NCBI GenBank assembly: GCA_034780895.1
Contig: JAUZTB010000033.1
Location: 30,723,820 to 30,787,819 of the forward strand
DNA from: Rhynchobatus australiae
Taxonomy: Eukaryota
Length of the DNA stretch: 64,000 bases
Reading direction: 5' to 3'
Shown here piece after piece: positions 50,334 to 61,629 of this stretch. The notes under the pieces are model-generated. The model saw nothing but the letters and a program-made list of their open reading frames with translations. It was not told the DNA's origin and did no database searches. Positions within the stretch are counted from its first letter, which is position 1, and every line of letters starts with the position of its first letter. The position numbers and the translations under genes are program-made.

Positions 50334-50865
50334 CTGTAAGGCAAAGACAGAGGGAACTTCTCCTACTGAGTAATATATATAAACTAAAACAAATAAAAAA
50401 AACACCCAGTTCACAGATAGAAGTTTCAAGGCAATGATCTCATTACATTGCCAATCAAGTCATCAGAACCTACTTTAAAAATACCACAATCTTGAGCGAG
50501 GCCGTTTAAGGAGATAGTGTTCTGTAAGTCAACCTAGATAGAGAGGGAAAGTATAAATGTTGGCATTTTGGACTGAGGTAGACCCGAGGATTCAGTAGAT
50601 TAGTGCACTTCGTGAAAAGAAATCGTGATTTAGATCACTTGTCTATACTCTTCTTCCTTATGAATCTGTTTTCAATAAGTTCTCTGGATGTGGGCATCTT
50701 TAACTGCAACCCCTCAGGTTGTGCTGAGGGGATTAAAAATCTGCTACATCACTTAAGACTTTGCTGGAGTCATGATGGCATTTGCCAGTAACTTTTGAGG
50801 CATTTATTCCTTTGGTCTGCCACCAATTACCAGGTTGAGCAAAATCTGTTTCATACATTGTCGTA

Positions 50866-51298
50866 ACAAAATAGAAAATGCGAGAATTACTTGGAAAAAC
50901 ACAGCAGATCAGGCAGCTTCTGTGGCAAGAGAAACAGAGGTAATTTTTCAGGTCAGTGAACTTTTATGAGAATTGGGGATAGTGAGAGATAAGTGAATTT
51001 TAAGATTCAGAGATTTTGGGGAGGGAAAGAGAGAACACAGGAAAATCTTTCAGCAAGTGGAAGGCAGAAGAGATTATGTGATAAAACAGTCACAGTGCAA
51101 AGTAACAAAATTCTAGAAGGGATGCTAATGAAAAAATAATTATCCAAAATTGTCAGGGTGGAATATGACCAAACATAAACACAATGCTCTAAATGCCAGA
51201 AATATGAAAAAAGCAGAAAATGCATAGCTGGTCTGACAGCATCTGGGGGAAAGGAACAGAGTGAACATTTCAGTTCAATAACCTTTCTTTAGAACTAG
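50866..51298 (-). mobile_element. Penelope-like-derived element with two units in direct repeat
   Basis: Unit 1 aaaatagaaaatgc...cagcagatcaggcagcttctgtggcaagagaaacagag...tttcaggtcagtgaacttttatgagaatt; unit 2 gcagaaaatgc...gctggtctgacagcatctggggg...gagtgaacatttcagttcaataacctttctttagaact. Confidence 0.75.
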
Positions 51299-54200
51299 TG
51301 ACGTCTTGATTGATAGTTCAGTAGCTATCATGTAGGTCCAGATTAAATAAAAAATCTGCAAGGATTCCCACCTTGATATGCATCTTATGACTCCTGTTGA
51401 AACTTTAGAGATTTCAGGTTATATTAGTATTCAGTTCAGTACTAAAAATGTAATTTGTTAAATAACCTGGGGATCATTGGGGTTGACAAGGGAAGCTGGT
51501 TAGAAGAGGAAATGGACAGTTGTGGATTGCCTACCTTGAATAAATTTTTCAGTTTTGTTTTCCACTGAAAGTCAAACCATGCAGGATGTATAATAAAGGA
51601 TTGATCAATAAGTATCAGTTGTCCACGCCTACTAAATATTGAAATAGGGTCCACTATGTGGAATTATATATCAAATATAAAAAGTAACTAGAAGTCTGCT
51701 TGTGCTTGAGCATGTATCCAAATGTGAATTACTGCCATCCACAGAAATGGGAGGAAATGGTAAAAATGGATGGAAGTTGATTTCCATTGATCTGCTGTAA
51801 ATGTAATGCCTTTGATTTTTTTTAGGTTCTCTGGGAAATCAGCTGCACTAGTCTTGGAGGAGTTAACTAAGAATATGCACTCTTAATTATCTGCTAGTCA
51901 TAAACCAGCAGTCAAAATTTGGCTGGGAAACAGAATTTTTATATTTTTGATTAAAACTTTTCATTTCACTTGTAGACCCAGTGGGCAAAATATTTGGTTT
52001 GTCACAAAAATGCTAATACTGTTTGAGCCAACGCAGTTTGACCTGATTGCTGACACAAGTGCAGATTCTGCACCAGCAGCTGTGGCGGTGGCATTTTCAA
52101 CCCTTCCTGTCCAGACACTAGGAAGTTAGCGTTGCAGGTATGTGTGGGTGGGGGAATGTCAAGCTGGAGAGGTACACTTTGCTTCCCTTTGAGTCACCTG
52201 ATTTTTTTATTTTATCCCCTTCGCTTCATTTCTCAAGCTGAAGGAGATGTTGGATCATACAAAATATTTAAAATCAGAAAATTACTACTCTGGGTGAATT
52301 TAACTAATTCCAGAAGGATAGAAAGAAGTAAGTATGGAGCACAGTCCATTAATGAACATCTCTAAATGTAAAGTGAAATATATCAAAAGCCCTTCTCTTG
52401 TACAGATTTGTTGGACAACAGTGGTCAGCATTAAAGACAAAAATAGAATTTTCCTCCCTAGTTTTTTTTTGTTTTGCAATAGAAATAGCACTGCTGTAAA
52501 TTAAAGGTGAAAATTTATCCCAGCTTTGGTTCCAATCTAAATAGTCTGAATTTAAACCAGATTTTGCAAAACCTCAGTGAAATAGTGTTGGTTCTTTACA
52601 TATCATCTGAAAAATTCATATCAAAAATTAGTGTTATGGAATCATGAAGACCAATACCTACTAGATTAAATATGTTGCAATGAATATAAATGCAAATTAT
52701 TATGATATGTAAAAGCTTCCAGTATTCAGCTAAAAATATATAACTTTTCTGGTTGTTTTTCAAAAGAAGATACAGCCAATTATTTTGTAGCATTAAAAGT
52801 GTAGTTTGAACAGAAGCTATTAGAAGCTCCGGACATGCTGGCATTAAGAACAGAAACTGTCCTCCCAATAATATTGAAAAGCCCAAGTGACGGTCCGATC
52901 ACNNNNNNNNNNNNNNNNNNNNNNNNNNNNNNNNNNNNNNNNNNNNNNNNNNNNNNNNNNNNNNNNNNNNNNNNNNNNNNNNNNNNNNNNNNNNNNNNNN
53001 NNNNNNNNNNNNNNNNNNNNNNNNNNNNNNNNNNNNNNNNNNNNNNNNNNNNNNNNNNNNNNNNNNNNNNNNNNNNNNNNNNNNNNNNNNNNNNNNNNNN
53101 NNNNNNNNNNNNNNNNNNNNNNNNNNNNNNNNNNNNNNNNNNNNNNNNNNNNNNNNNNNNNNNNNNNNNNNNNNNNNNNNNNNNNNNNNNNNNNNNNNNN
53201 NNNNNNNNNNNNNNNNNNNNNNNNNNNNNNNNNNNNNNNNNNNNNNNNNNNNNNNNNNNNNNNNNNNNNNNNNNNNNNNNNNNNNNNNNNNNNNNNNNNN
53301 NNNNNNNNNNNNNNNNNNNNNNNNNNNNNNNNNNNNNNNNNNNNNNNNNNNNNNNNNNNNNNNNNNNNNNNNNNTTCCTTGACATAATGTTTACATTTTA
53401 TTGTATTGTATTTTGGGGGAATGTGGAAGGAACAGGCAGAACCTGTGGATGCAAGACTCTATCAAATCAGGGTTCCCAGTAAAGTCATCCCTGTTATCGT
53501 ACTAAACTATCTGCAAATATAATTATTTGAAAGTGTGCTGGGTGGAAGGCCATGAAGATGGAAAGTGCATTTTACACTATTAAAAAAACCTTATTGCTGA
53601 AGGAATTTATTAGCTTCTAGATGCAAAAAGATATGCAGATTAGATACAGTACATCACTTAGTCACGTGGCTAAAACTCCAACAGGCATAATTATATTTTT
53701 AGATAGGATTTATGATGAAAATGGGTCTGTTTTTATTATTTTAGCATTACAGCTAGCTCTTATGTTAAATTTAATAAAACAAATAGCATTCCAGTGCTTC
53801 CAAATGCTGAATTCTACTCCTTTCAAAAGACAAGGACAGGATAAAATACCGCTGTTAAGCTTTGCCTTTTTAAGGTGTGAAGTGTTGGTCTGCACAATTT
53901 TTAACATACCAGACCTAAACATTTTTTTTTAAGCTATGCAAACTGATACAGAGCATAGTCGACTGCAGATAAACACATACCTGATACAAGAATACCAGGG
54001 CACCAAATCACTGTTCTTTTAACATTAAAATGCAGTTCACAAAACTTTAATAAATTGGCCGTGTGTATATCAGAACTCAGCTGTAATAACTATCACCAAA
54101 TACCTTCAGTGTCCTAAAATTACAACTTACAACAAGTAAAAGGAGAAAGAGTGAAAATAATAAAACCACAAATAGTGTTTCCACAAGGTTGAATTCTAGA

Positions 54201-55169
54201 CTGAAAGCTGGGCCTTTACTGTAGAAAAAGGGAAGCATTTAAACTTCATTTTACAGCTGAATTGTGTATTGATAAATTAGCCCCCACCAATGCCAAGGAG
54301 GCAAGGTCTGCCTCTGTGGAACACTGTGAGCTTTAGAAAAACGTAGCTGTGAAATAAATCACTGACACATTCAGCACTGGTACTTAGAACAATGTCTGTT
54401 AGCCTTCGCCCGCTGTTTACACTTGTGGTTGCACTCTAGGACAGCTTAGTATTGCTTTTTTTTTATGGTGTGGTTAAAGTTGACATGGAAGTTGTACTCA
54501 AACAAAGGACCCGAGACCAATGAGCAATGTATTCCCAGTCCGGACTCTCACTGTGCTTCATATTGGGAGATCCAACAAGGATTACACTGGGTTTTACACC
54601 GTCTCTAATGGCAGCTTTGGTGAAGTCTGAGCATTTGGTTTATAGACTCCACAAGAGCTGTGTAGTTTAGATTCTTTATATTGACTGGTGGGAAGAGCAC
54701 AACCTGGATATTGCCAGTGGTAAATTGTCCCAGGGACACTATGTAAACATGCTCCAAGTGATTACACAATCTCTACTCCAATTAGGTTCAATGTCAGACT
54801 GTCACGCCATCACACAAATTGGATTTCTTAATGTATATTGTAGTGTTACAAACTAGAACACTTTCTGTTCAATTTTGTATATAAAAGTTCTATTTTCCCT
54901 TCTAACATGTTTCAATTTGAAACCAATACTTACATTAAAGAATGAAGGATCAACAACTATATATTATAATGGCAATTGCACATTGTTTTCTCATCAGAAA
55001 AAAAATGAAAATAGCTATCTGCTTGTATGCCAATGTGTGACTATAGCTGCATATAGCTGCATATATCTGCATTCTAAAACGTATCACATTTTATTGTTAG
55101 GGAAGAGCAAGTGGGAGAAACTACTCTATTACCATTGAAATGCTTAGAACTAAAGAGAAAAAAGACTTA

Positions 55170-55335
55170 CAATTGTGATTTATGATTCATCTTTCACAAG
55201 CTCAGCACATCACAAAGTGTCAACTTTTATAGCTACCTGAGAGTGCATATAAGGCCTTCATTTAAGATCTCATCTGAAAGTGGGCAACTGCAACAGTGAA
55301 AGCACCATTTGTGCTGCATTGTGGTGTGGACAACG
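55170..55335 (-). mobile_element. DeuSINE remnant
   Basis: acctgagag...aggccttcatttaagatctcatctgaaagtgggcaactgcaacagtgaaagcac...tgctgcattg, reversed SacSINE1-like body. Confidence 0.5.
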
Positions 55336-55344
55336 TCAATGTGT

Positions 55345-56225
55345 ATCTATATAGCACGTTCAATGTACCCAAGTGCTTCATATCAGCATTATCAAATGAA
55401 ATTTGGCAGTAGCCACATAAGATATTAGAGCAGATGATCAATTGGTCAACTGTAAATATTTTAAGAGAAGTCTTACAGGAAGAAAGCTGGAAAGGTAAAG
55501 GGAGAGAAAACTTAGAATATTTGCAGCTGTAGTCAGAGTTGTCAATGCAAGAGCAATTAAATATGTCTTGGACACATTCAAGAAGTCAGAATGAGAGATA
55601 CACAGTTATTTAAAATCACACATTTATAAAATTGTTAAGGCACAGAAGGCGGCAATTTAGCCCATCATGTCAATGCTGGCTCCCAGCAGAGCAAATCTAT
55701 TAGTCCTATTCTCCTGCTCTTCAGGAAGAGATTACAGATATATGAAAAGACAAGACAACGGAGGGATTTGAAAACAAGAGCAATAATTTAGAACTTGCAT
55801 TGGAGCTTCACCAGAATTCAACTCAGTCACTCAGCACTGAGGTGATGGATGTACAAGGCATGGTGAAGACTAGGACATAAAGTATACAAAGGGTACAATG
55901 AGAGACAATAGCCAGTAGTATATTAGAACCGCCATATATAGAGGGAGAAAGATTGTGGATGAAGGTTTCATCAACAGATGAGCTGTGGAGGTGAGGGTGG
56001 GATTGGGAGAGGATAGGTGATGTAATGGAAGAGGTAATTGTTAATCTTGGTGATCCTATGCTCAACTGAGGTAATTCAATGTTGTGAACAACAGTTCTAT
56101 TTTGGATAGCTGCTGGGAACAGGGTGGGGGGGGGGTACGTGGAGGTGAGAATCAGAGGGTGATGATTGGTGTTTATAACAGGAACCAAGACAAAGGCTAT
56201 GGTCTTCCCAATGAGACATTTCTGC
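55345..56225 (-). mobile_element. L2 LINE 3' fragment with nested CR1/HE1 tail at ~55630-55720
   Basis: ORF 55823-56227 has IGKTIAFVL and HSSSVDETFIHNL...SNILLA (L2 NIGKTEAIVF, SSSAAETLIHAF...SNALLA); 3' end tatatagcac...gccacataagatattagagcagatga. Confidence 0.7.
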
Positions 56226-56698
56226 ACATCTAATACTGGATTTTTTTTTCAATTTAGAGACAGTGGTCAATCTTGACTTGTGCATGATTCTCTGAAGTGA
56301 GACTTCAGTCCAAAAGCTTCCAACATAGATACAAGAGTGCAACTGTCAAGCCACCTTCATTAATTTCAAAATATGCTCAGGTGGTCCAGTGAGATTCACA
56401 TTAACACAAAAGATGTAGAGCAATAAAATGGGCCTATTAAATTTGTTCAGATCAATAATATGGAGCTGATTAAAGGCCTTGCTATTGAATAAGAAATGGC
56501 TGGAAAGCTGGCAGGAATCAGCCACTATTAAATGAAACAATAAGTTTAATGTCACTTTATTCTAACTGAATTGATAATATACATGCTTAGATGTATCANN
56601 NNNNNNNNNNNNNNNNNNNNNNNNNNNNNNNNNNNNNNNNNNNNNNNNNNNNNNNNNNNNNNNNNNNNNNNNNNNNNNNNNNNNNNNNNNNNNNNNNN

Positions 56699-57332
56699 TG
56701 CCTTTATTAGTCGAGGCACTGAGATCAAGAGTCAGGAAGTTATGTTGCAGCTTTATAAAATTCAGGGTAGGCCGCATCTGGAGAATTGTATTCAATTCTG
56801 GTCACCCCATTACAGGAAGGATGTAGAGGCTTTGGAGAGGGTGCAGAAGAGGTTCACCAGGATGCTGCCTGGATTAGAGGGCATATACTACAAGGAGAGG
56901 TTGGACAGACTAAGGTTGTTTTCTCTGGAGCAGTGGAGAGACCTGACAGAAGTTTATAAGGTTATGAGAGACAGAGAGAGAGGAAAGCAGCTGGTATCTT
57001 ATTCCCAGGGTCAAAATATCTAATACTAGAGGATACACATTTATGGTGAGAGGGGGTAAGTTCGAAGGAGATATTATGGGCAAGTTTTTTTTTACAGAGA
57101 GAGTGGTGGGTGCCTGCAATGCACTGCCAGGGGTAGAGGTGGAGGCAAATATGACAGAGACTTTTAAGAGGCTCTTAGGTAGGCGCATGAATGTGCAGAG
57201 AATGGAGGGATGTGGACATTGTGTAGGCAGAAGGGATTAGTTTAGTTTGGAGTTTAATTGCTAACTTAATTGGCTTGGCACAACATCGTGGGCCGAAGGG
57301 CCTGTTCCTGTGCTGTACTGTTCTACGTTCTA
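56699..57332 (+). mobile_element. CR1-clade (HER1-like) LINE 3' fragment
   Basis: AFISRGTEIKSQEVMLQLYK...RPHLENCIQFWSPHYRKDVEALERVQKRFTRMLPGLEG and FFTERVVGACNALP; tail gggccgaagggcctgttcctgtgctgtactgttctacgttcta. Confidence 0.96.
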
Positions 57333-58137
57333 AGAATCAGACTGGGCGGCAATCCAAAACCTATCCTAATGATCTGGAAATCATAAGGAAGAAGATGGTG
57401 GGAACAGATCCTATAATAACTTTCGAAAGAAATATATTTGTAAAGGAAAGTTAAAGAGGTATTGGGTATAACTTGACTGGCCCTTTAAGCGTCCAATACA
57501 GATACGACGGAACTGATTCTGGGCTGTGAGATGTTATGAGAATTGAACCACAAAACCAACAAAACTTCCTGACGATTTTAAGATAAAAGACAACTGAAAT
57601 CTTCAGCTTCCTTAGGAAAATGCCAATCTTATAAATTATTCAGCAAAACAAGAGAAAACATGTGAAGAGAGGCAAGGGATAGTCTTAGGCTAAATCCCTG
57701 GTGTCCACAGATAGGAGGGACAATCTGCTGCTCACTGACTCAAAAATGAAATACTTGTCCCTCTTGTAAGAAGTGACAGGAACCTGATTTGCTCCCCTGA
57801 GTGCCAATTAAATTGACCAAACATCTGTTTATCACAGAACCAGTTTGCATTGGATGAGCAGCTTCAGAAGAACAGGTTTGAATCCATCAGGCTAATTCAT
57901 CTGCAGCCATTTTGAAGTCAATAATTAATTACTCACTGACCAATAGCACATGGATACTTTACATATTCATAGAGTCCTTGTTACTTGGCCTGTTTCACAG
58001 ATTATTTTAACCCTTTGTGAACAGCAATACACTTTAAGCCTTCAATCTTTGACAAGGCTGATTGCGAAGCGTGATTGAATTTGTAACCTTTGTCAACAAA
58101 TGCAGTATTACCTTCCCATTCCACCATCTATTGTTTC

Positions 58138-58288
58138 AGTCATAGAGCTGTACAGCACAGAAAGAGGCCGTTCAGCCCAACACATCCATGCCAACATTTT
58201 TTGCATCTAGACAAACCAGTTTGTTCTCATTAGGACAGTATCCTTCTATGCCTTGCCTATCTAAGTTCTGCCTGAGTGCTTTTTAAAC
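58138..58288 (-). mobile_element. CR1/HE1 3' tail fragment
   Basis: agtcatagagctgtacagcacagaaagaggccgttcagccc is the reverse complement of the CR1 tail seen at 57290-57332. Confidence 0.75.
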
Positions 58289-59949
58289 TTGCCATATCAC
58301 TGCACTACAGTTCTGTTCCATTTAATGTCAAGCATAAGTGTTTTCAGGTGACCTCCCTGAGAGGGTCTCAGTGCTGCAATGTATAATCAGATCACAGCCT
58401 GACTCCAAAATTATAATGTCTAACTTTAAGACTGTAAATAGTCACATAGCTCTTGCCCCCACCCACCCTCACCTCTACAGCTCATATAAGTCCATACTCT
58501 TGCTCCCTCTATATATGCCTGTTCAGTTGTAATGGTCCAGATGTGATTAGTGCATGGATCACATCACTACTCAGTGCAATAATGCTCAGGTGACTGAAGA
58601 TGCCTTCTCCAAACTTTGGTTAAACCTTAAGGAAATGTTTTAAGTATCGATATATTTTAAGTAAAAACTGCTCTGCACAAACCTATAACTATTATAAATA
58701 ATAGATTTAAATGATCAATAAGTCCTTAGCACAAAATGAATAAAATTATACTGTTGAAGTTGTATAGTGAGATCTTGGTGTATATTAGTGCTGATGAAAC
58801 ACACAAAATGATTTAATGACACCACTAAAACAGAAGACCGAAGAATTTCATACCGATTTGTGAAGCATTCACACTCTAACCTCAGACAGCACAAATTTTA
58901 TGCTTAGGGCTATATTTTAAAACTTTACAGTTTTTCATAGAAATGACTGAGCATTTGGCCAGAGGTGTTAAGCCTTCCTGAAGCTGATTAATTATGCTCA
59001 CTGTGTACAAATTTTTTTGCACTTTTTGCACAGCTAAAGCCTGGAACTTCTTTGCAAGTACATTTTAACAATCAGTACAGCCACTTCTTTTTTTAAAGAA
59101 TAACCTGATGTAGTTAATAGGCAAAATATCTATCTGATCTATGTTACTGCCTAATAACAGCCTAAATGTGTGTAGAAGCATTTAGAGGTTCAATGGAAGT
59201 CAAGGGGTCCTCTCTGTACAACGGAGATACTCAGACATCTCAACCCTATGGTTTTCAATCACAGAATTATTAAATTGCATTCTTAATATTGATAAAGGTA
59301 TTTTCTTTTGCAATATCTAGTTTTTTTAATTCTAAGATTCATTGCAACTGAATGTCAAGATGGCAAGCATTTCAATGGATGCACAAGAAGCTACATTATC
59401 TCGAGGGATCTCACTATCATGGGGTACCTCAAATGCTAAAAGAATGGCAAATAACCCATTAACTGTGCTCCTAATACATCCTAAAGTGAATGACAGGGAC
59501 AAGGCCTTAACCAAGTCCTGTCAACCATGTCACAGCAACTTTCTACATGACAATGACCTAATAGGTCAATTCAGTTTGTTGAAAATAGAATGGAATTGTT
59601 TCAAATGCAGCAATACATGTTTAGTCAATGATATACAATGATGTGGGATGTTACATCAAGTGTATTGGTTAATTAAAAATTTATGTTATCCAATAATCTG
59701 TGTGTACAGATTAAGCTCAAACAAGGGGTTGACTGCTGCCTTCAAATTGTTCCTAAATATCTATTATTTCACTTCCTGCATGTATAACAGCATTCAAAAG
59801 TGTTCTTACTTAATCTGAAAGATTTTTAACTACCAGTCTCTCCACAATTAGATTCACACTGAATGTATAATGATTGTGACAATACTACTGCAGGTTTATA
59901 ATTCTTAGCTCCCTAATGCCACAGGGTAAATGTACTATAGACTACCATA

Positions 59950-60230
59950 TTGAGCCAGACAAGAAGCGTCCTAAGTTAAATCCCTGGTCTGCCTGGATTA
60001 ATCTGCTCTCAACGCGGACAATACCATGAGCTAGGGATGTTAAGGAAAAGCTCTTGCTTCTCACCTCTGATTCCTATCCAATGACCCCTGCTGGACAATG
60101 CACATCTAAGCACTGTATAAAAATCAGTTTCGGTTGAGTTTCTCTTCATGATCAAACTACCTGCCACCAGTCATATATTTGGATAGATAATGGAAAGTGT
60201 CCAAAAGCTGTAAAGTCATACTCCATCAGG
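59950..60230 (+). mobile_element. Ancient SINE-like repeat copy
   Basis: gtcctaagttaaatccctggtctg...gattcctatccaatgacccctgctgg...aaaatcagtttcggtt; aligns by eye with 15790-16050. Confidence 0.55.
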
Positions 60231-61629
60231 AAAGGTCTTTGACATCAGAAAATATTGTAAAAATATGCAATCACTCAACTAGGTTGGGCTACAGCCAGAA
60301 AATGTGAGAAAGTGCCCGGGGTCCAGTCTGTGCCTCATGTATTCCAGTGACCATCATTTGCTCACAACTTTGTTGTTTTAGAGATATCCAGCCTAGTCAT
60401 TTGAGAGACATAAATTATGATCCCTGGATGACATAACAAGAATTATGTTTTTAATGACAGGTGAGTTTTCAAGCATGAAATACATCTGGTATATATCACC
60501 CATGTTGTCACTCATTTATTTGATGCCAATATGCAAAAAAAAAGAAAATTAGGCTTAAGCTAAAAGAAATTAATGTTGTGGCAATATGCATTTTGTGTGA
60601 TATACTGAACTCCTGAAATTGTTCTCAGTTGTTGGCTTGTAACAATTCAAACTTCACATTAGATTTCAAAAGCTCCATTTCTTTCTTACCAAGTGTAAGC
60701 CATGATGGCAGTTCATAATTACTGCACTTCACAGTTCAAATGGAAATACTGCAAAATGCCTTTGCACTCACAATTATGTTTTTATTTATATCTTAGTGAT
60801 AGCAGTAAACTTATTCTACTAACTCTAGGATTATAACTCTAATCAGATTGGAGGAAGATTTATTCCTTTATGGGGGAAAAACTATATTGTTGTCTTTTAA
60901 TCAGTGTCAACAAGCAACTGTCTGCAGTGGATGACTTCCGTGAGCAAAAGAACAGAGGCTATAAGCCACAGAATTGGCATAGCATAGAGCCTTTATCAGT
61001 CAAATGGATTTCCAGTTTAAAATAAGTATTCAGTCCAGTTGATAGTGACCACAACTTTCAGTCTATAAACTAAACCTTTGGCCCATAGGTCACAGAATTG
61101 ACCTCTATTGTGCAATAATACTCTCAGCCTTCGATTTTGGGTATTATAACTCAATTAATCACTCTGCAACTCTGCAGTCAATAGTTTACTGCTGTAGATC
61201 TCAAATAGTCAATATCTGGATAAAATATATCTTACATCTTGATGAACTCAATATATTCTATTGGATTACAGATTAAATAAAGCATAAGAGTTAAGTGCTA
61301 CTTAAACACTGCAGTTTTTTAAAATGCAGCTGTATGTGCACAAGGTGCAGCCTTGGGATCTGTTAATTACAATTGAACTCTCTGAGGATTATAGAAGCAT
61401 ATTTGCATCATGTCAAGAATACATACACATATAAAATCAACTTCAGGAATGGGCACTTTCTCCCTAGGGTGTAAATAATTAAACATTATTCCGTTTGTAT
61501 ACCTAATGTTTTGCTTATGATTAGTCTCCTGTTACAAACTTGAGTATTGCATGTTTAATAAGAAATATGATTTGTCAGCAAATAATTACTTCGACATGTT
61601 AATGAAGTCAAGGTTGCCTCAATTGTTTT

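Noticed and set aside
2660-53482. Long ORFs in the track such as 2660-3247, 6337-6873, 52780-53385, 52835-53482
   Set aside because: They are long only because they read through N-gaps (X residues).
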